From: Sphagnum compactum
Taxonomy: Eukaryota
Assembly: GCA_965153455.1 (NCBI GenBank)
Contig: OZ234493.1
Span: 12,824,213 to 12,888,212 of the forward strand
Direction: 5' to 3'
Length of the DNA: 64,000 nucleotides
Position 1 is the stretch's first letter, and every line of letters begins with the position of its first letter. The position numbers and the translations under genes are program-made. This document shows, piece after piece, positions 12,734 through 38,699 of the stretch. A model generated the notes under the pieces. It was given only the letters and a program-made list of their open reading frames with translations, did not search any database and was not told where the DNA came from.

Positions 12734-14365
12734 ACAATAATAGGTTGTAGCTGGTCCCCAAAATTTAGCAGAATTCTTAAGTTTTCCTCACTTTCCTATC
12801 TGAAAATAGCCAAATTTGGCTAATTCCTCATGTGGATAATTGCAAGCGTAGCCACATCCACCCCCCTCCCCTCCCACCCCAAAAAAAAAAAGAAAAAAAG
12901 AAAAGAAAAAAACTGTGCTGATAATTTCTTGTGTTTTGGGCAGACCAATCACCCGAAAAGAAAATAACTATGATCTAAAAAAGTGCACTAGTTAGCTTTA
13001 TTTTGTGCACTTTTTGCACTTTGCACGCCCAGGGAAAAAAAATAAAATAAAATTACAGAAAAGTGCAAAAGTGGGCCGGAATCTCAAAATCTTCAGCCCG
13101 TAAAAAAATATTTAAAAAGTTTGGGAAATTGGTAGCCGATTTTACTACGTGGCAAAACCTGAAAAAAATGTTTTTGTTCGGGGACCACCCATCACGGGCA
13201 CGAGTCACATGGGCAGGGGGCGAATCTCGCAAACGCCCCGCGATTTCTCGACAGGTCAACAATCCTTATTAGCCTCTTATTAAACTAATATGGCCATGGC
13301 CCACAGACCAAGGACCGCAAAAACCGATTTGGACCAATCTGAGATTGCCACCTATGCCTTGGCCGACAGGCCGCAAAGGGAAGGGCAGAGCGCCATTGTC
13401 GCCGGCCCTTTCCTTGGCCATGGCGATGGCGCTACGAAGCTTTCACTTGCACCCGGAGCTTGAGCTTTGCGGTTGTTTCCGCAGTAATCAGATCCAGAAC
13501 TGCGCTGCACGCGAGAGGAGACACTCTTTTTTTTCAAAGCTCCTTAAAAATCTAAGCTCAAGGAGCTATTTCCGGTGCGATTTGTCCTCGTAGGTCGCTT
13601 GTTTCGGTTTCGGAGAAGAAGATCAGATGAAGAGGCTGTGATTTTAGAAGAAGAAGAAGCAGCAGCAGCAGCAGTGGTGTTGTTTTTGTTGTCATTACAG
13701 TAACCTAGTCTGGCCGTGAAGGAAATTGCGTGGTTTCTTGATCGGATGAAGGATATTTGCGAATTTGCAGCGCTGTGAAGAGCGCCCTGGTGAGTCGCCT
13801 CCCGTGCCTGATCTTCCGTTTGTGAAGCCGGCTTTTGCGCTGTTTTATCTTTTGAACTCAAGCTTTATCAAATGATGTTCGGGTTGTTTTGCTCATTTTC
13901 TAGTTCCAGTAGACTTCTTTGTACCGTGAAAGGTTTTTGCGGGAACCGAAGAACAGAAGAGCTGAATGTATGAGCCGCCGGTGTGCTGCGCCAATGTCCG
14001 TGCAATCGTGTGTCTAGTGCAGAAAAATCAAGCGAAAGACGAGCTCTAGACGTAGATCGGTTCTTTTCTTGTGGTTTGGAGTGAAAAAATTGATCACATG
14101 TGTCTGAATCTTCTTCCATCAGCGAGGTCTTTCTTGTGTCCGCCTTTGTGCATTCTTTGCTGGTGAGAGTAGTCTGCTCTGGCTCATGCGTTTGGATAGT
14201 GAAAGCCCCTGAGAGCCAGAATCGGTGATCGACAATCCTTTGATTTTCCTTCTGACGTTTAGCTGCAGTGTCTGTCGTAGTGGATACCGGAGCATAGCTA
14301 CGTCCGCTCGCTACTTTTGCAGAAGAAGCTGCCGGGCCAGACTTCGTGCAGGAAGGATCGCGAAC

Positions 14366-20640
<6,275 letters not shown>

Positions 20641-22016
20641 TCTTCAAGAAGCTCTGTCTTGAGGAACACATCAATTTACGGATCTATGATCAAATCTTTT
20701 CTTTTACTAGCAAATCAGTAACTGGTCAGAGTGAGAGCCCACCTTGTAGTTGAACCTAAGCAAGACACGTGTAACTGCCATCAATTCTCTGGGCCTGGGT
20801 AAGCATCTGAATTGTTTGGACTTCTGCGGATTACAAAGTCTCTTCAGTAGATACTGCAGCTGTGCTCCACTAAGGACACAGGATTAGGAAGATAAGCTGT
20901 GCCATGCATTTTTCCATCAACTTCTTTATCATGTCTACATGAGAGAGAGTTGCTCTGGGAACTTGTGGCATGGATTTGTCAGATGAGCCCCAACAACAGA
21001 ACTTTATCAGGATACCAGCAAATGCATAAGATTTGCAACCCATCATCCAATTTAAACCATCTTATTATGTGGGCCATCCTGTTGGTCCATGATTAATTGG
21101 TGGTGATTGTTCTGCGATTTCTGAGGAGGATTATTGTTGGGTATAATCCCAACCCTCTTTTTCTCAGTCTGCTCCTGCACTTGAATGTTCAGGGTATGAC
21201 TTCAAGTCAAGGTTGTGGAACTTTGCAAGTTCAACAAAGATCCTTGAAAGTTTGGCTACTTTGTCCAAAAAGACAGGAAGCAATGAAATCCCTTGTTTTC
21301 AGAGTAATAGCAAAAACCATGGAACAAGATTATGAAGTAGACTCTTGTTCTTTATCATCTTACTACGATATTTAAATCCAACAGTAAGGAGTAATCTGAC
21401 GTTGCAAATGATCTTTGCATCCATCAAATGTGTGACCAAACAAAATGGTTTAGAACCTGTATAGCATTTGAAGTATTAAGGCAGGAACAAAATGTATGAT
21501 TCCATGTTTTGTTTCTGCTAACTCTGAGGTAGCTTCATCAAGTGAACTTTGCATTTATAGATCTATTCTCAGAAACTCCTCACCATTTGCAATGTGAGGG
21601 ATTAAGGAGTGCACATGAGTGGCTTCAGAGGCAGAACTTCTTCATTCACAGGAGTGAGAATATGTGAGGTACTGTGTTTGGCTTGTGTACACTTCATAAT
21701 GAATTCCAAAAAAGAGTAGGGAGCAGAATCCACTCTGCTAACATGCGGAGTGCATCACTCACTTTGTGTTCCTCTGTACACAGCCTGTTTAAACCATATG
21801 CAAGACTCTATGAATGCATCCTTACAGAAGTCTTATGGAGTATTTTTGAGCTTTTCTCTGAGGGCAATCTAAGATAAATTATTTCATGTGAAACACCGTC
21901 TAGTGTAACCTTGAAACAAATGATCTCAGTGAATTTTCTTTGAAATCTTCACCAATACAGCAAAAATTTAGTAGTCCTTTGCAAAAACCCTTTAGTCTGG
22001 AATAAAACATTCCTGG

Positions 22017-24019
22017 TTACTTTTTGAGGAAAAACTCAATATTCCGCAGCCAGCGGATGTACTCTCGCTCCTCTTTGTCCTCTAAGAGATCCAGAAGATA
22101 GTTTGAGAGCTCTCCATTGATTCCTCGTGCATCTAAGTACCTCTCGAATTGCTCCTGAAGACTCTCGTCAAGTGTCCTGGAAACAAACATAGTAGCAGCA
22201 AGTAAGAAAAAGTTTAAAAGAGAACCCAGTGCATCTCAATTACCTATCAAATTGCTTCTGACGACTCTCAAGTGTTGTGGAAACAAATACAGCAAGTAAG
22301 AAGCTGATGAGAACCTATTACAGAACGTAGCATCAAATACCCCACGACATGAATATTGCTTAAAAGAAAAACCATGTCAGAGCATTATCATCAGTTGACA
22401 TCTTAACAAGTGGATTAGCATTGACTTGTCACTATGACCATCGAGACACAAGAGATGATCTAGAGTTTTGGGTGTTAAGAGAGACAGCAAATGACTTAGT
22501 CACTATGACCACCAAGAAGGCACAGGAGATGATCTCGGGTTTAGGGTTCAGAGATAGCACTGATGTTGTCACTATGACAGAAGATGACCTAGAGTTTTGG
22601 GTTTTAGAGACAAGTTATTGATGACAGAAGATGGCCTAGAGTTTTGGGTTTTAGAGACAAGTCGTTGATGACAGAAGATGGCCTAGAGTTTTGGGTTTTA
22701 GAGACAAGTCGTTGATGACAGAAGATGGCCTAGAGTTTTGGGTTTTAGAGACAAGTCGTTGATGACAGAAGATGGCCTAGAGTTTTGGGTTTTAGAGACA
22801 AGTCGTTGATGACAGAAGATGGCCTAGAGTTTTGGGTTTTAGAGACAAGTCGTTGATGACAGAAGATGGCCTAGAGTTTTGGGTTTTAGAGACAAGTCGT
22901 TGATGACAGAAGATGGCCTAGAGTTTTGGGTTTTAGAGACAGCAATGACTTGTCACAATGACGACCGACAAGACACAGGAGATGACCTAGGCTTGAGGGT
23001 TCAGAGATAGCAATGACTTGTAACTATGACCATCAAGACACAGGAGATGATGTAGGGTTTAGGGTTTAGAGATAGCAATGAGTTGCCACACTGTCTATGA
23101 CAAAGAAGAAACAGGAGATGAATCTAGGCTCCAGGGTTTAGGGTTTAGAAAATGATTACGAGAATTCAGGCCCATCATAGAAAGTGTCCTTCAAATCTTT
23201 GCTCTCCACATAGCATACATGCTCAATGGCAAAGGAATCTGGTTGACAGAGGCAGCTGAATTCAAGGACTGGCTGGTCGGCACCTTTGGTCACAGACACC
23301 TTGACATTCACAACCCTGTGTTCATCTGGATCTTGGTCCCCATATTCCTCGTTATAACTATCTCCTCCTCCTCCTCCTCCAAAGTCGCTTGGTTGAGTCA
23401 CACATGTCAATGCAATGTCTTCCTCGCCAAACGACCTTCTCAATATCACCTCCGGTTTGCCTGCTGTGTCCGTCAAGGTAAATGGCCGTGGCGGACCTCT
23501 TGCCAAAATCTGCACTAAACCCGATACCACTATGTCTCAACAGCCAGATCCTAAACCCTGCTGTGCCATAGGAAAAAAGTTTCCAAACCAAACGAGAGGG
23601 TTGCATCAATTGGCCTTGAAGATTTCCTATTCAAAACAGGGGAAAAGAAACAATCAATAACTACTTTACTCAACAAAAAGAAATGGAAAGAGGAAGAAGA
23701 TGTCGATTACTCGAGGGGGGTCGTAGGCAACATCCTCGTGTTCAATCTCCGCCTTTAGAACCCGCAGCAATCCCCGATCATCACCACTTGTATGAGAGAC
23801 AATCTCCGTCGACGCCAAACGCACTTGTTGTTGAGCCCAACAACCTAAACCCAAACTCCAAAACTCCCTTGTTCTCTTAACCACTAAACTCTGATTCTCC
23901 AGCAAAACAGAAAAACCAGCTGAGCTACTACTAGAACTCCCAACTACTTCCCGCTGTTGCATACAGCTTTTGATCCCTTTCCGCAACGCTGCCGCCACCG
24001 TTCGTCGCATCATCGCCAT
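22017..24019 (-). CDS. Mitochondrial glycoprotein, MAM33/p32 (C1QBP) family, 3 exons, ~272 aa
   Basis: Exons 24019-23711, 23509-23160 and 22176-22017 total 819 nt and are in frame. Arg-rich presequence, then LLRVLKAEIEHE, VILRRSFGEEDI, YDGPEFSTLDESLQEQFERYLDARGI, KEEREYIRWLRNIE. Confidence 0.93.
22573..22941. repeat. 47-bp tandem repeat, ~8 near-identical copies, in intron 2 of the MAM33-family gene
   Basis: GATGACAGAAGATGGCCTAGAGTTTTGGGTTTTAGAGACAAGTCGTT starts at 22620, 22667, 22714, 22761, 22808 and 22855, with a partial copy at 22902 and a variant copy at ~22573. Confidence 0.98.
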
Positions 24020-24345
24020 CGCCGTCTCCTTCTTTGCAAAGCTTCCCCTAAACAAAAAAACACACCCGGGAAAACTTACAAAGACCTTATTCCAGCAGCC
24101 CATAAGAAGCTCCTCCTAATTTCGTAATCAGCCAGCAGCAGATTACAAAACATAATGATGCTCTTAATGACCTAATTATGAAAATAATCTGTGTACCAAT
24201 TCTACTTATACGCATGTTCTGGAATATACAGTGACCCATTTTTCTCTGTAATTTAACTTATTGAAGGAAGTGGCAGAATTGGAATCTCTGGAAAAGCTAT
24301 TGAAATCTTGTAATAGGCTCTCTCTCTCTCTCACACACACACACA

Positions 24346-24380
<35 letters not shown>

Positions 24381-24473
24381 GAGTCTGCCATGAAGACTTT
24401 GAGCAACCCTTTCATCACTTTGAGGATCATGAGCATTGTGTGCACCATCTGGACTCATAGCCCCCACCACCAT

Positions 24474-24617
24474 CACCACCATCACAAGGAAGGATTGGGT
24501 CATCACCACACCAAGGATTGTGACAAAAGATGGAAAGCCCAGGGCATCACCACCATCACAAGGAAGGATCAGATCATTACCATACCAAGGATTGTGACAA
24601 AAGATGGAAAGCCCAGG
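24474..24617. repeat. Two-copy ~74-bp tandem duplication in the divergent intergenic region
   Basis: CACCACCATCACAAGGAAGGAT...CCAAGGATTGTGACAAAAGATGGAAAGCCCAGG appears at ~24474 and ~24548. Confidence 0.9.
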
Positions 24618-25443
24618 AGGGCATCACCATCACCACCACTAACTACTCAGCAAGCAAATCACAATGACCATCATCACAAAGAAGCTTTTTGATTTCAAGA
24701 GCATCATCATAATTCTCATGACTGTCAGTCACCATTGTCATCATCCATAACAAGTCAGGTCCCAAAAATCCAGGTCCCCAAACTCATTGAGATGCAGGAT
24801 CCGGAAAGCACCTAGAAAAAATGCGAAGACTTTGAGATGTCGTCACCTCGACCCAGTCACCACCGTCGGTCCACCCGGGGACACCTCCACGTGGGCTCCA
24901 TGCAGCCAGTCACCGGCGGCGGCGGCTCCGTCTCACTGACCGGCTGACCGGGGTTCATTGACGAACTGGTTTACCTGTAAAGCCGAGCTTTACTACGCAA
25001 CCGGTGTTTGTGTTCGTGAACGGCTGCTGGGCCACCAGCCCTCCACCAGTTTCCGTCCCGTTCTACCCCCTTCCTCCCCTCTTCTCTCTTCTTTCTCGTA
25101 GTTGTCGTTCTCTTCTTCTCTCTCTTCAAGCCCTTGTGTTCTTGCTGCTCTTTGTCGTCGCGTCCTTTTGTCGCTTGCAATCGCCGCTATCTTCATCGGC
25201 AACTCTTGGATTAGGCCTGGGACTCCACTGAGATGGAGCTTTAGGCTTGTGCTTGGCATGGATTGTCGTGCTTTTCCGTTTTGTTTCAAGCTTTACATGC
25301 CGTGCCGGGCTTCTTCTTGAGGACGGACGGACGGACGGGACCTAGGTTTCTTTTGTGAAGCTTTTGTTTGTTGCGCCTTTTTTCGGTTTTTGAGTTTTTG
25401 GTATCCCTCTCCCCGCCGCCGGGCGTCAACAAAACCTCCTTCC

Positions 25444-31422
<5,979 letters not shown>

Positions 31423-32947
31423 ATTAACTAGTGTCCGTAAATCAAAGATTTCGGTAGTCTCTCAGCCAGAGTCACATACCATCACCCAAGTTAAATTTCT
31501 TCACAAGTTGAGGAGCACAATAGCTCTTCTAGTGGGCTGAAAACTTACCTGCCGTTAAAAGAAATCGGTTGCTCAAGGCAAGAATTTTCTTGCCTCTCTC
31601 ACTGACAACCTGCAGCCTTGACTATTGCTCAAGCCCCGAGTGTGGCTTGATCATCACCTCAACTAACTCTATACATGGCAAGAGCCAGGACAAGCTCTTC
31701 CAAGGGAGAGAGGACCAAGGATTTTAGTTGGGCTGCTTTCCACCAAAGGTATTTGCCACTGAGGAGGAAACATCCTTGGTGTTCTGCAGGTCTGGAAATC
31801 CTTTTGCATTGCTAAATTTCTTTATTTGCATGTCATGCTCCACGGGTTTTGCTTACTGGTGATAATAGTGGGTTGAAGGTTTGCTTCTTATTGGATATAT
31901 TTGGTATTTGATGTCAGAATAATCGTTTTGTTGGCATGGTGGAGTATATGGACTGCTTCCTTTGTTGCATGTAGGTAAAAAAAAAAGCCATTTCAATTGC
32001 AGACAGAGAGCTTCTGAGGCCTCCTCCTCTTGCCAGGTCTTTTGGCTAGCTGTGGCATATCACCTTAGAAGAAAGGTAGTGAGTGATATTGGGTTTTCGT
32101 CCGTAGAAATGAAAAGCTTCCAAGGGCAAGGGGTAGTAGGCTTGATAGATAGACTAATGTGGGTCCGTGCTTGAGTAATATGTATGTAGTAGGTCTACGG
32201 TGTTTGCATAAGGTCAATAGTATGTAGACAACAGATTCAAATATGGAGAGAGAAATTCTCCGAATTGCTGTGAAACCACTCTTTGTAATTAAAGCCAATT
32301 TTCTCAAGTCAGATGATGATGATGATGATGATGATGCAAGTATTGGTGATGGTTGTGGCCCTTGTTCTGTTGTCTCTACAAAAGGCAAAGATCTTGTGTT
32401 TAGATTTCATTATAGACTTGCTTGTAATTGTACTACTCATTAAGCATAAATTCAATAATTAATTAATTAATTTTTGAAAAAGAAAAAAAAAACACAGAAA
32501 TAGTGAATAATTGTTGAAGTAAAATAATTTAAGAAGTGTAATACTTTTTATTTTATGTATTTATTTATTGATTTATTTATTTACTTACTTACTTATTTGT
32601 TTATGCAAAAAGATTTCATGGACAGTTGACGAGGACCAAAAGTTACAAAAACTGCGAACAAATATTTAATTAATAAATAAATGACGGCGAGGTTTTATTA
32701 GGCTCGGAAGAAAGAGGCTCGGAATTTTAGGTTAGGAGGATGAGATCGACGATGGAGATAGCTACGGATGAAGATCGGACGGTCAGGAGGGAGAGAGCCA
32801 GAGTAATAGGCTCGCAATCTCTGTCTCTGTATCGCTCTCTCTCTTTCTTGCTCGCTCGCGCGCTGTGTCGCACTTGCTCGCTTGCGCTCGCTCTCTCGTT
32901 GTGTGACGACGCGCTTGGATCCGCAACTTCCACACCAGCTCGGCAAC

Positions 32948-35647
<2,700 letters not shown>

Positions 35648-36194
35648 GTGAGTGACCTCGCTTGACTATTGCCTTATTCTATGATATGTTGCAATCAGGT
35701 CAATCCCAAGTAACAAGATGACAACACCTACTTTCTGTCCATTGCCCTGTTTAATCTCTTGATGGTCTCCCTTTTTCAGGGTCAGTAATCTCAGCATTGT
35801 CCCATCAAGAACCAGATAGATTACAAGAACCAGTTGCCTTTGCTTTGGGTGAGATCTTAAGAAAGGTATATGTCCAATTAATAGCAGTAAGTCATTGTGT
35901 CTCATCTGTGTGTTTGAAAAGGACAACCTAAAACTGATTGAGGGATCCTCCTTGTATTGTAACGAGCAGGTGGAAGATGAAGAAGTTGTCATATGGGGAG
36001 CGAAAGGCAGTCTTGATTTCCCAGCTCAATGCCCTAAAGGAGCAAGATGATCAAGAGAGAAATTGACACCTGCTGTGTCATGAGCAGATGTTATCTTCCA
36101 CTCTAGCTGACAATCAAGGTATCACATTTCATTTCCTTGTCTCATCAAGAGATCGGTCCAAAATGAAGTTGAGCAGCTTAGATTCACTCCAGTA

Positions 36195-37014
36195 GACTCT
36201 TTTGGCGGCGGCATATACCCAAAAACCTCTTGCGAGTTGAATTGTACATCTAAAGGCTTCTCTTGTAATTTCTTGGATCTAACTGTGAGCCAAAGTCCTC
36301 AAGGTTTATTCTGTAACATTTTTGACAAACGCTCTCAACCAGAGTATGCAGTTATTGATATGATTAGAATGCCGCATATTCATTCTAATATCTCAATGAC
36401 TGCAAAGCTGGGGGTTATCAATAGTCAATTTTACAGGTTCTTGAGACTTTGTAGTTGTAAGAAGTTTTTTGTCTTCCAGATGGTCAATCTTATTACCTTT
36501 CTGAAGGCAAAAGGCTACCCTTTTAAAGTTCTTCTAAAGAGAACTAGAGGGTTGGTTCTTAACGAAAAATTCCTGTTTGGAATTTCGGCTTTTGGCATTT
36601 TCAGAATGATTTTGCTTCGGGTCAGGTAAGTGGGGAGCTTCTTGTAAGCCCACTTGCTCTTAGTCTTCCCCTGTTCTTTTCCCTTTCTGTCTTTCTTTGT
36701 TTCTTTGTCTGGTCTTCGTTGTGGTGTTTGTTGCTAGCCAGTAGTATGGCTGAGTCTTCCCGTTGCTTCCGGAATTGCAGCAGAAACTCAGTTCGCAGGC
36801 TGGTGCTTGTCACTGTCCTTTACCCACTGTAGGGAGCTGATGAAGTCAGTGGGGAAGATGTGATAGTTAAGTCACTATCATACATGCTACTGTTGATGGT
36901 CCCTGAACAGGTGTGAGACTGGCACTTTCGTTCATACCGCTGTGTGTTTTTCGTGTTTTGTTTTGTTTAGTATCTCCCCTTGTCTGGTTCTTTCTGTGGC
37001 TTCCTGAAGAAGTG
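36195..37014 (+). mobile_element. 5'-truncated Penelope-like retroelement: RT C-terminus/thumb plus 3' UTR
   Basis: Open frame DSFGGGIYPKTSCELN...CNFLDLTV...NIFDKR...RMPHIHSNIS...GVINSQFYRFLRLCS...LKAKGYP ends at TAA 36627-36629. The IYP / FLDL / DKR / SN / SQxxRFxRxCS / GY series is the PLE RT-thumb signature. The 3' boundary is approximate. Confidence 0.8.
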
Positions 37015-38699
37015 TTAACCTTGCTGTTTTCTTCTTTATCGTGAGAATGGAGATTTCTCTTTTCTTATGAAAGATATTTGATGGGGCTCCTTGATTGGCC
37101 TATTATTACACATGGTTTTAGTTGTTTCTCTGGCTTTTCATTTGGCCTACGCATGGCTAGCAGAGTATAACTTTGGGCAAAGAGTATGAGATAGATGGTG
37201 GGAGCATCGTAAGTTCATACAGGATGGAATTCTATTTGGAATGTATTAGGGAACATAATCAAAGACATTTGATAACAGGAATGTGCATGGACACAAGTTT
37301 GGAACACATTGACCCACACAACTACACATTTCTCTAATCTAAATTTGATCCTTCTACTCACCTTGATAAGTGATTTCTCAACTGGATTTAGAGTGTCAAC
37401 AACTAACAATTGTGTATACGCAGATGAATCCTTGTGGGGTCAAGTAAGGTTGAGGGTAAATGATGTTGGGAGAAATTGTAGGTCTACAGGATATACTTGA
37501 GAAGAATTGCCCACCATTCTGAAGTTGTATATGATGGAATAAGCAATTTTAATATGGTAATTCCTTTCCTTCTACAAATGTTAGTGCCTTTTTGGGTCTC
37601 TTTCAAATAAGCAAGTACTACAAGCCCTTTTGCCCCATTCAAAGATCCAAATGTCCAAATGGTTCACCGGGTCCATTGAATGCTCGTAATTGGATGCTCT
37701 TGGGCATTTTTGCACAATGCGTTTTAGGTGTTTTAGATACCCTGGGCTTTGGTCAAGCGCTGTGCCTTCACCCTTTGCTTCAATTTCGTGAGCATAGCGA
37801 AAATTGAAATACTTGTTTTTAGGGATCCTGGTTTTTTTGTTATCTTGGTATGATTGTTATTAAGATTTGTCGTTCAAAGAAGACACTGTGATACTCCATT
37901 GGAGTCTTGCCAAACACACTCGGGCTAATATCCCACTTACATCTCACGTTCACAAATTATAAATAAATAAATTTTTTTCTTTGTTCAATTGTGTCTCGAA
38001 GACATGGTTGGGTATTGCCCATGGGTTGGCTATTCCCTATGACTCCCTTTCACAACAAGCTATGTTCTCCATTGGAAGTTTGTCTCATTGGGTGTCTCTA
38101 GTAGTATATCTATTAGATAATTTATGCTCGTGTTGTTGCAGACTTCTAACACGTCTCATTTGTTTGACACAAATGAGCACTTTATTCGGTGACTTTGCGA
38201 TCACCCTCAATAAATCATTAACTACTATAATAGGCAAGCTCAATAACAAGGACTAAACAAGCATTGATAATGTATCTTTGATATTCTTAATTGCCAATGC
38301 TAAACATTTTGGACTTGGATGTTCAAGATGTTTGAAGTCTATGTGATCAAGCATAGGTTTTGATGCAAACCATGCCCATGGTTATAGAGAACCCAACACA
38401 TGATGTTATTACTGCATATAAAACAACGTTTGGTCACATGGACTTTAGCTATGATAATTCTCATAGGGATTATGTTTACTTGTAGGAATAGCCTATAATA
38501 TTGGAGTGAAAAATCAAATGTATTAGCTTCTAATGGAGGGATGTGCTACTAAGTAGCAATTTACAACTCATGTGGAAGAATGGATAGGAATGTTTATGCA
38601 CTTTAAAATAGTTGTAGTCCCACTTCAGTTCCCTTGTTTTAAGGGTTGAGAGAAAACAAGGTTAACAACCATGTTGTGTGACATGGGTAGTGTATTTGA

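Larger units (their letters stand above)
7650..12737 (-). mobile_element. Decayed Crypton-like (tyrosine recombinase, DUF3504-like) DNA transposon; boundaries approximate
   Basis: Contains a spliced tyrosine recombinase remnant at 9.2-11.0 kb, a 37-bp-arm hairpin at the right end (12619-12733) and a weaker hairpin near 7743-7776. The two flanks appear to be halves of one dispersed repeat that occurs uninterrupted near 52960-53060. Confidence 0.7.

Noticed and set aside
12980-13260. Short inverted repeats (AAAGTGCA/TGCACTTT; GGGGCG/CGCCCC) upstream of NAD-ME as a MITE
   Set aside because: No matching terminal inverted repeats or target-site duplication could be defined.
22573-22941. CRISPR-like regular array
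   Set aside because: The units are head-to-tail with no unique spacers, there are no cas genes, and the array sits in a eukaryotic intron.
24261-24692. 143-aa His-rich ORF
   Set aside because: It is built from microsatellites, CAC/CAT repeats and a 74-bp duplication, with no recognisable domain.
36837-36930. Canonical hammerhead ribozyme starting at CTGATGA
   Set aside because: No stem II followed by GAAA lies downstream, so a standard type I or III fold cannot be built. Kept only as a speculative finding.
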